64,000 nucleotides of DNA from Ctenodactylus gundi (Eukaryota), in assembly GCA_048771875.1 (NCBI GenBank), contig CM109709.1:44324541-44388540 (forward strand), written 5' to 3'. Positions 53,701 through 64,000 of the stretch are shown piece after piece; within the stretch, counting starts at the first letter, position 1, and each line of letters begins with the position of its first letter. Position numbers and translations under genes: made by a program. The notes under the pieces are model-generated. The model did no database searches. It was given only the letters and a program-made list of their open reading frames with translations, and was not told the DNA's origin.

Positions 53701-55335
53701 CTCCTATCTAGGGCTGAATAATTGTAGCTGCAAATTCCAGATGTTCTAAGAGGCAGTGGAGAGTAGAGGGCTGGGTAAAGGCATAAATAAAGGGGAAATT
53801 TACAATTAACCTAAATACCCCAAATCTCCAAATGGAGTCACAATACTGATGTAAAATGGGAAAAGCAAAATAATCACCTTGGAGAGGTGATTTGAATAAA
53901 CGACAAACATTTCAGCATCCCAGAAATGACAGGAAAGGGTTTAAGGAAGTACATGTGAGGAACATAAGATAAGTACATTTCAAATTTATGCACAAAGACT
54001 GTTACAAACCACAAGTCAGTGGGTGTAATTTAAGAGTGATAGGATAGACTGTTAACATCAAACTGTTTTCAATTTCCGAGGCTAGAAACATTTCCTGTCT
54101 TGGATGCCTGGACCTGCTTTATTGTCCAAATAGCTTTTCTTCAAAGCATTTGTGGGAACAGAAAGGCAATTGGCTGAGTATGTATGTCGGTGCTGGGTGG
54201 AGGAAGAGACAGAGGAGTGGGCTTAGGTAGTCAGTCTGCATTTAAGAGCCCACAGACCACCAGCAGGTAACCATTTTTATGCCGTCCAACGTCCAGGGCA
54301 GTGCTCACCGAGGAGAGGACCCTGGGAGGTAGGAACGTGGGGAACAGGGCTTCAAATATTCTGAAGTTACATAGGTTTGTAGGTAAGTCACCATGGTGTT
54401 GGTTGCCCCAGGGAGAAACATAGAAAATTCTTTTCATTTTTAAGTAAAAATGCTTGAGTGTGAAATATTCTCAACTTTATAAGAGTTGATACCGGAGAGG
54501 GGAGTCATCATGCACTCATACACATATGCACATATCTGTACTCTAGATTGAGAGACGGTTGCACAAACAGAGCTTTTTAATATGTCAGTGTGCTTTTTCT
54601 AGGAGGAAGCACTTTCTGCTAATTGGAGTATAACTTCAAAATTGAGTATATCAAACACTGACAGAAAAAATTTAGCTATTTTTATTTGTTTCAATAATGT
54701 TATTTATAGCTGTAAAAACAAAAAATAAAGATGGCTTTATTCCGTGCCTTCACAGCTAGCAGGATCTTAGTTAGTAAGGAAACCCCGGCAAGTCAGTAGT
54801 TTGCTTGCCTTGGTTTCTTTCCTCAGAGCACAAACCTGATCAGAGGAATACCCAGGTGCACAGAGGTCTACAGTCAGCCAAGGAATCTGGCACGACAAGA
54901 TACAGCTAGTTTTCCCAGCGGCCTGAAGTATGAAACTTCAGTTTAGGAGTGGGAATAGATTATGGTGCTCTTTTGTATTTATTTTTATCTTATCGAGGGA
55001 GCAGACTAATATTAATATGCAAAAGTAATTTGGAGATAAAAATAGAGACATTATCTCCTGTGAGAATGTAGTACCTTCACTGTATTTTTTCTTTTTTTTT
55101 TGCACTGAGTATCGAACCCAGGACCTTCATACTGAGCTACAGACTCTGCCCTTTTTATTTTTAAAATCTTTGTCACAGGGTCTCACAGAGTCAGTGCATT
55201 GACCAGGCTGGGCTTGATCTTGCGGTTTTTCTGCTCCAGGCTCTCAAAGGCCGGAATTATAAGCCTGCACTGCCGGGCCCAGGTCTGTAAGAATTTCGCA
55301 GTCTTTAGGATTCACAGTTTGTAACACACTAGTAA

Positions 55336-56154
<819 letters not shown>

Positions 56155-58879
56155 GGCCATTCACCCTGCCCATCTCCTTCCCTCCACTCCCCCTCCGCTC
56201 TCTCTGCGGCTCTCCTCGGTAGGTAGCTGCAGAGAAGGTCCTGGGAACACAGGAAGGACTACTCTCTATCATTCTCCTCTGGAAATAGAATTCTTTGCTT
56301 AGGGGTCACCCCACCTACATTTTGCTCCTGGGAATAGAGGTGGCAGAACAGATGGATGTTGCACAATTTCCAACCCCTGCCCTGGAAGGGGAGGAGCAAA
56401 GAACCATTCCAGTCCTTAGCAGGGCCCTGGAGTCATCAGTCTGTGCCCAGTCTGAGCTCACCTTTGGGTGTGGACCAAAGAGTTTAGTGCATCCATTACC
56501 CATCTCCTCCCTGCTGCCCACATTGAGGCCCTACGGCAGTCGGCAGTTGTGTGAGACTCCCAGGCTTTGTACAACTGCACTTCTCCCCTGTGGATGTGAT
56601 TAAAGTGACTGTATGACGGTATATGAAAATCCACAAGGATCAGGTTTCTTTGTCTGAGCCTGGAAAGAACACGGGCCGAGGTTTAGGGGTGTACCAGTCA
56701 GCTGTGCTGCAGCAGAGACACCATACTGACACCCTCAACCTACAGGAGGAGAGGTTTAACATGTCACAGCTTCAGTCTGTTACCAGCTGGTTCCAAGGCA
56801 GAATCATCAGGGCAGGAGGACGTGAAATATATCCAGAAATAAGTAAAGTCAGATATGCAGAGGGCTGGGGAAAATTGGTGAAAATTGTTAGAAGGATTCC
56901 TTCTGAGATTAGATTTTGAGATTTCCTCCTTTGGAATTTCATCTTACTCTTCTCCATCCTAATCTATATATACATAACAGATCAAGAATCGGGCACAAGG
57001 CACACATAGGAGCCTGGAGGGAATAAAAGATTTGATTTACTCTAACCTGCCTTTTATTTTCCTGGCTTTGCCCCTCATTTAATTCTCAATTTTCTTTATC
57101 CTTCCTGCTCTTGCAGGGAAACAACCATTTTGCTATGTTGACTCTAGGACCTGGCTAGCGTTTCCTGATTCTGTTACAGAGGTGAAGGGCTGTGCTACTT
57201 CTTGCACCCCAAGAGGTAGATATTTTGGAGAAAAGAAAAGGGGCCTCATTGCAGTGTTCTGCTGTGCACAGGCTTTTATCACCACGAAGGGGTGTGCGCT
57301 AAGGGAGATAGGACACAAGGAGTCAGTGGAAGAGGAAATTCCCAGGTTGTTATCTCCCAGGCTCCCTCCTCCCTTGGTGAAAGAGAAACCAGATCCTGAC
57401 CTCCTGGCACTAGCATCTGTGTATTTTCATTTCTAGATGGATAAGCTATTTTTCTGAGTTACTTCATTGTTCTCTCATGTGCACTGAGGAGAGAAGGGGA
57501 TGGTGGTTTACACTGTCAGCATGAGCAAGATGGGGAAGAAGCCTATCTCAAAAAGAAAGAAATAAAGAAAGAGAGAAAGAAAGAAAACAAGTTTTCATTT
57601 TTAAAGGCCCTTCTCAACTCCCAGTTAAAACTCAGTATTTCCCTTTAAGCTCTGGCTGACAGTTCCTGGCAATAAACTCTTAAAAACAATGTTGCTGGCC
57701 AAAAAGTTGCTCTCCCCAGTGGCTGCTCTGACATTTTAATGGTGGTTGAGTGGCAAGAGGTGATGCCAGACCCTTCTTCCTGGCTGGAAGGGGAGAAAAG
57801 ATTTCTAAGGCAAAGAAGAAAATGAGAAGCGATGTAAGAGGAGATGATAAAAAGAGTAGGTGTCAGGGAGAATCAGCCACGTTAGGAATCTGGTAGAAGA
57901 AGCCCAGGGTGTTAGGATTGGGAGTGGGTGTGACAGGGTTCTAAGTCTCACTTCACCTCAACCAAAAGCCAACTTCGCCAGGGTATGAAATGTACACTTA
58001 AGAGACACGAATGACCAGGGATTTTGAAAATCTGTATCTGCTTATTTGCATACATGGCTCACCAAGTCTGGACAGCTTCCTGTCCCTCCCTAAAGGCGCC
58101 CACACTGCTCAGGAAGGAGCCTGTCTCCCCCTTCTGGTCTCCACTGTGGATGACTCTCAGGGGGCAGGCTGACCATGAAGACTAGCTCAGGAAAGTGGTT
58201 TCTGAAACGCACTACAGGCTCCTAGAGGCTCAAGCAGGAAAGCACAGCTCCCACAGTAGCCGAAATACCATGAGGACTAGACTGAAGACATCCTACCCCC
58301 AGAGCAGAAAAACTCACCACGGCCCGAAATCTCCCTCACACAAAATCTTCACCTATTCTTCTTAGCTGTTTCTCTGTGCTCCTGTTGTTGGTGGCTTAGC
58401 CCAGAGGAGAGGCCGCTGAGCCCTCACCTAAGGTCTTGAAATCCTGAAAGCTCTAAAAAAGCCAATAGCTTAAAAAAAAAATGACTTCAAGACTCATTTA
58501 GATGTGACACCTTACAATGTGGTCCTGAGACTAATTGTGTTATGTGACTATTACACATTAAACTGTGTTTGATTACGAGTTCTTCTCAGGTATAATTTTC
58601 TAGGGGCAATTAGGTAACATTATGTGTGTTTGTGCACATGCATGCATACATATACACGCAGTATTGCATTTTAAAATTCAAAAATTTCTAAGTTCCAAAA
58701 TGTATAGGCCTGGAAAGTTTCAGGGAAGGGATTGTGGACCTTCATATAGCATTTAATTAGTCTTTAATTCATTTGCATATACCGTACATGATCCTGGTTA
58801 GACTATACGTACTTTTTGGAAACAGCTGTATTACAAATTTCATCTATTTTTATAGATGGGGGTTGAACTCAGGGCTTTT

Positions 58880-59110
58880 ACAGGGAGCTAAATGAGCTAT
58901 ATCCACAGTCTTGCCCTGTAACCCTGGCTGGTCCTGAACTCACTGGTGTAGTCTAGGCTGGCCTTGGACTCAGGACAATCTGCCTGTCTCAGCCTCCCAA
59001 GTGCTGGGATTACCAGCATGTGCCACCGCACCTGGACTATGTGGTACTGGGGAATTGAACTCAGGGCCTTGTGCTTGTAAGGCAAGCGATTTAACTGCTG
59101 TACCATTCCT
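58880..59110 (-). mobile_element. Dimeric B1/ID-type SINE, antisense
   Basis: ...cctcccaagtgctgggattaccagcatgtgccaccgcacc...gcgatttaactgctgtaccattcctccagcc (reverse complement of the SINE head). Confidence 0.65.
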
Positions 59111-61467
59111 CCAGCCTCTACTGTCATTTTTAAAAAAATTATTATTTATCGTTTTGAGAGAGGGTCTCACTAACTTGTTAAGTTGCCTGCGCTAGGCTTG
59201 AATTAGCAATTGTCCTACCTTAGCCTTCCAGAAACTGGGGTTACAGGCCCCTGCCGCCACACCTCCATTCCATGGGCCTCATTGGCACGTTTATTAATCA
59301 ATGGTACCCTATTCATTATCCAGTATCTCCTCAGAAGATTATAATCACAAAGAAACATAAACTTACAGAAGCAATAGGTTCTTGAAGTCCCATCAAGTAC
59401 TACAAAAATAAAACAAGTAAGCTAATTTATGTTTCTAAGAGCTTCATAAAAATTCTTTTTTTTCCAAGGTGAGCAGGAAGGAAACTACCATCATATGCCA
59501 GGTACTTTCTCAGATGCTATTATAAATACATATATGCATGATTCAATTCTTACAAGGAGGTGGATTATATTAGTTCCATTTACAGATAAGTAATAGAGGC
59601 CATCTATATTTACATTTGTTCATTTTCTGTTGCTATAACAAAATCCCTGAGGCTAGGTACTTAAAAAGAAAAGTTCATTTAAGTCAGAGTTTTGGAGTCT
59701 GAAATCCAGGATTAGTGGCTCTGTCCACTCAGCTTGTGGTGATGACCACCTGCAATCGGGTGTCAACACAGCAGATGGCATCAGGGTGGGAGTGTGTGCC
59801 GGAGGGATAGGTGACAGGCAGGATAGGAAGTCGGGGACTCAGGAGGGGTAAATCTTGCTCTTTCAAAACAGCCACCTCTTGCAAGAATCTCCCACACCAG
59901 CATTGATCCCTCTGAGAGCAGAGTTCATGTTGATCAAGCCCCACCTCTGTGTGTGTGTGTGTGTGTGTGTGTGCCCTACTGGGGATCAAGTCCAGTGCCT
60001 TCACACCAGGCTACATCCCCAATTCACTTTTAGCTTCTGATTTTGAGACAGGGTCTCACTAAGTCTCTATTTCTCTTATCTGTAGCTTGTGCTGGAATTT
60101 GTTATCCTCCTGCCTCAGCCTCCCAGAGTGTTGGGATTACAAACCTGAGCCATTGGGCCCAGAAAAGCCCCCACCCTTCAGGATTCCACTACCTGAACAT
60201 GGCCACATGAAGACCAAGCAACTAACGCACAGACAGTTAGGGGCAGACCACATCCGAGCCGTAGCAACACCTTCACTGACCAGGGTCGCCAGCTCGTCAG
60301 TGGCCAACCCATACCTCCACGGGCAGCTCCCTGCTGTTCTCTCTACTTCCTGCTTCTCAACTTGGGGGTCCTTTCAGTTTGCTTTCCTGCAAAGGGATGA
60401 GATTTGGCTCTAAGAGACTGAGTCCCAGAGTCTGTATTCTAGATCTTGTTCAGTCAAAAAACCTTTATTGTGCTAAGACCTATGTCCTGGGTATTTTAGG
60501 GAAATGAGAGCGCAGGAGAGACGGAGTGAGGAAGAACTTCAAAGGAGGAGCCGGGCAACTCCAGGTGCTGGGGCCTCCCTGTGGGACATGGGCACAGGGC
60601 CTGGAAGGCTGCATGGTTGTAGACACTTTGCTGTCTGACACTCAAAAGACATCCTAACCAACCAAACCATAATATTCACTTAAGTAAGTTCAGTAAAAGA
60701 TGATGACTTTATGAAATACAAAACTTTTTCAAAGACATATGTGGAGGTTGAGACAGAACTCTGAGTTTCCGGCCAGCCGGGGTCCTATTTTACAGCACTG
60801 TTTTCCTACTCCTCTGAATGAGGTCAACCAGGTATCTAGAAAGAGTTTTAAGGCTTACATATGTGGGATCATTCTGAGTCCCTTAGGCCAGGCCCTGATC
60901 CCAGAAAGGTGGCCTCATAAGTGGGTTGCTCTCCTGGCTTGTGTAGGGTTTTTTCTTTTTTTTTTCCTCTGTGGGAAACAACTTAGAGCCTTCACACTAA
61001 GCTACATTCTCAGCCCATTTTTATTTTTAGTTTTGAGACAGGGTCTTGCTAAATTGCAAAGTTGTCCAGGCTGGGCTTGAACTTGCAATCCTCCTGCCTC
61101 AGCCTCCTCAGAGTACTGGGATTATAGACCGTACCACCAGGCAGGGCTGGGTATGTCTTTTGTGAGATGAATCATGTTGATACTGAGCCTCCAGAATGGT
61201 GCTGACATACTTATTTTGGATGATGCAAACATACCCTAGACGCGAGATGGATTGCGCCATCGTGGTGAGTAGAGTCTTGGGTTTGAGTGAGTCACAGGTA
61301 AGAGAAGCTGTCCCTGTCCCTGTTCTTGTTGCTGTATCAGTTCTGACTTCGGTATTAAGTGAATGGCAGGATGAAACTGTGGCGGAAAGCTCCAAATTGT
61401 TCCAGTCCAGCCAGGTTCTGAGACCGATAGCATCTTGTCTTTTTCTTGTGGTAGGAGATATGGAGTT

Positions 61468-61612
61468 ATCCAGGAATGGTACATTTGACAATAGAGAATG
61501 TGAGGAAATGGTTTCTAGATCCAAAAGAAGACGAGGGCCTGGAAACTACAAAGAATCTGCCTGAGCACTGACTGGACAATAAGCATGTCTATGTATTTTT
61601 TCTCTATCCATT
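61468..61612 (+). repeat. Left arm of a ~145-bp inverted repeat. The partner is at 62240-62404, ~95% identical, with a ~630-bp spacer.
   Basis: atccaggaatggtacatttgacaatagagaatgtgaggaaatggtttctagatccaaaagaagacgagggcctggaaactacaaagaatctgcctgagcactgactggacaataagc... recurs as the reverse complement at 62240-62404. Confidence 0.8.
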
Positions 61613-62239
61613 ATTCTAAATTTTCATTGTTAAAACTGCTATTCTTGGTTATAAGATTTTAAAAATATATATGAGTGTTTAAACATCAAATTGTTCTTAT
61701 GGATGCCTACCTCTCAAAACAAATATTTAGCTCAGACACACACATCCTAGAGGCTGCTCTGCTGTGGCCAAATCAGGTCTCGAGTGTCACATCCCTGCCA
61801 GGCTCTTGTCATGGACTTTGCTCTTTATACCCGTCAAGTGCTCATTGTTACTTGGGAAAGCAGACTTGGCTAAGCTCCTTCAGGCTTTCTTCTTCCTGAG
61901 GTGAAGCCAAGTCTTTCACCAGAATCTCATTGCTAGTGGAATCCAGAGGACCACAAGGGACAGAGTTGCTGCTCTGTTCCCCAACATGAGTGTGCTGTGT
62001 TCATGTCATTTGTTGGTGTCCCTCCCTCTGTACCCTGCATCCTACCCACAGACCCCTCCTTTCTCTCCCTCCATGTTTGCAGACTGGGCTCCAGTTAGTT
62101 TCCAGAAAGTGATTCTAATCACATCAGTGTCCTCTGTAAGAACAGTAAGGCTTGTTCTTTATTAATAATATGATTTTAAAAAGATAAAGGTTGGATGTGG
62201 GGGAAGAGGAAGGAAAAGAGGAAAATGGTGTATTAAAGG

Positions 62240-62404
62240 TAAACCGCAGGGATAATGGATAGAGAAAAAATACATATACATACTTGTTGTCCAGTCAGTG
62301 CTCAGGCAGATTCTTTGTAGTTTCCAGGCCCTCGTCTTCCTTTTGGATCTAGAAACCATTTTCTCACGTTCTCTATTGTCAAATGTACCATTCCTGGATA
62401 GTGA
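62240..62404 (-). repeat. Right arm of the inverted repeat, reverse complement of 61468-61612
   Basis: The supplied ORFs 61196..61564(+) and 62162..62419(-) share the peptide LSRNGTFDNRE.EEMVSRSKR. This is because of the nucleotide-level inverted duplication, and a 1-bp indel breaks the shared frame. Confidence 0.8.
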
Positions 62405-62639
62405 GGGAATTGCGAGCACTCGCTTTATCTAAATGGGACTCAAGGAGGCCCCAGCCTGCCCACTGCTTGACTGTGCCAGCTTCTTTGCTGTAGCATGAAG
62501 CTGGTGCTTGGAATTGTATCCTTTTAAATTTAGTCCTGCTAAATAAGTATTGTGGTTAGAATCTGGAATGTCTTCTGAAAGTCTCATGTATTTGAATGTT
62601 ATAGATTGCCTATGGAACCACGTGCTGTTGGGAGCGTGG

Positions 62640-63010
62640 GGTCTCATCTGGAGGGGTGGATTACAGGCATGTAAATTGGATTACAGGCATATAAATTGGA
62701 TTATAGGCCTGTAGTGGGGATTTACCACACTTTCCATACCTGGATCCAGGAGGGGCTGGTCACTGGGAGGAGACCTGGAAGGATATATAAGCTGCTTCCT
62801 GCCTTCCTTGGAGGACTAGTCTCAACTCACCTTGACTTTGCTTCCTGTGTGTGACGTCGTGAGAAGCTGCCTCCACCCCTGCCTCTGCCATGTACTTTCA
62901 CTGTTGCTAGTGGCCCCTGAATGGACTGTGACCTGCTGAAACTGTGAGCTAAAATAAACCTTTCCTCCCTAACTTTGCAGATGTTGGGTATTGAGTCACA
63001 GCAAGGGCAA
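62640..63010 (+). mobile_element. MaLR-type LTR copy
   Basis: ...ggaggggctggtcactgggagg...gctgcctccacccctgcctctgccatg...ctgaaactgtgagctaaaataaacctttcctccc. Shares the terminal motif with the 12.5 kb and 12.9 kb copies. Confidence 0.5.
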
Positions 63011-63533
63011 AGTAACTAAGACAATGAGCAAAGTTAAAGAGAAATGGAAGAAAGTAGGGCTTTGTGGAGAGGGAAAGGGGATATGTTGGAGGCCCCGGGG
63101 GTATGAAGGGGGAAGGGAAATAAACACATTCAAGATGTGATATGTAAGTGCACCAATTCCTCAAGCTGATTGTTATTATTATGTATCACAGATACATTCT
63201 TTTAGGTTTGAGGTTGGGCTTTTGCTAAAATCATACCCCTCTTTAGTTTCTGTACATAAATTAAACTTATTGCTTTCAAAGAATGAATGAAATTTTCAGC
63301 ACCATTGTCAGGTAACAAAAAGAAAAGGAGAGAAGTCAAGATTGGTGGCACAGCAATGCCAGAACCCTGGGAGGCTGAGGCAGGAGGATCACACGTTTGA
63401 GCCCAGCCTGGGCAACATAGCAATATAACAACTTAAAGAGACCCTTTCTCAAAATTGAAACTAAAAAATGGACTGGGAATACAACTTAATGTGAAGGCCC
63501 TGGTTGGGTTTCCATTACCCCTCCCCACATAGA

Positions 63534-63537
<4 letters not shown>

Positions 63538-63585
<48 letters not shown>

Positions 63586-63592
63586 ACACACA
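63538..63592. repeat. (CA)n microsatellite
   Basis: acacacac... run. Confidence 0.9.
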
Positions 63593-64000
63593 CACAATGC
63601 CAAATTACCCTTACAAATGCTCTCATTAGAGCTTGGTACTGTGCTTACTTGGTGCACATTCACTGATGCAATGAGGGGCTGTATGTGCCTTTGTGGTACA
63701 ACCGCAGATGAGACTTGGCCAGCATAGCTGTGATGGGAAGAGGAAAGGGATGTAGTTAGACCTGGCACTGGGCACTGCCCTGGAAAGCTGAGATAGTGAA
63801 AGACCATCATACAGAAAATAACTGGGAAGCCCACGGCCAATGGCTGACTGATATGGATGAACTAGCATCTGGACTTCTTGCCTAAATTTCAAGTCTTAGA
63901 GCTCCCGTAGGGTCAGGTTTGAGGTCTGACCTTTGCTGAAATCACCTCTGTTTCCTTCTTTCTTCAAGTGTGTCCTGCTTCCTGTACTTCCTCACGGCTT

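Noticed and set aside
61196-62419. Pair of ORFs on opposite strands sharing the peptide LSRNGTFDNRE.EEMVSRSKR; considered as a duplicated small gene
   Set aside because: The similarity is nucleotide-level, an inverted repeat with ~95% identity and a 1-bp indel that shifts the frame. It does not extend beyond the ~145-bp arms, and there are no start or splice signals or homology. It is reported as an inverted repeat instead.

Overview
This window is mammalian (rodent-type) nuclear DNA, not prokaryotic. It has spliced genes with GT-AG introns, CpG-island promoters and AATAAA poly(A) signals. It is densely populated with 7SL-derived (B1-like) and tRNA-derived (ID-like) SINEs, often as B4-like dimers, together with MaLR-type solo LTRs and many microsatellites.

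The gene content and orientation reproduce the human 14q11.2 block KLHL33(-) / OSGEP(-) / APEX1(+) / PIP4P1 (TMEM55B)(-) / PNP(+) / RNASE10(+):
- a KLHL33-like BTB exon at 0.85-1.7 kb
- an 11-exon OSGEP/KAE1 gene at 9.8-16.6 kb, head-to-head with APEX1
- APEX1 at 17.5-19.8 kb, 4 coding exons, 318 aa
- PIP4P1 at 20.8-23.4 kb, 7 coding exons, 277 aa, tail-to-tail with APEX1
- PNP at 32.8-39.7 kb, 6 coding exons, 289 aa
- a single-exon RNASE10 CDS at 55.5-56.2 kb, 214 aa, lacking the catalytic residues

Exon boundaries were derived by hand. They were anchored on the supplied ORF frames wherever possible and checked against the known human protein lengths. Unanchored splice sites should be treated as +/-2 nt.

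I found no evidence for a novel prokaryotic-style system. The most interesting second-look items are:
- a perfect palindromic CLEAR/E-box (GTCACGTGAC) in the OSGEP-APEX1 bidirectional promoter, and related CLEAR-like boxes upstream of PIP4P1
- an orphan CpG-rich unique segment between PNP and RNASE10
- a ~145-bp inverted-repeat pair downstream of RNASE10
- several microsatellites sitting right at promoters and splice sites
- a 7-aa C-terminal extension of OSGEP
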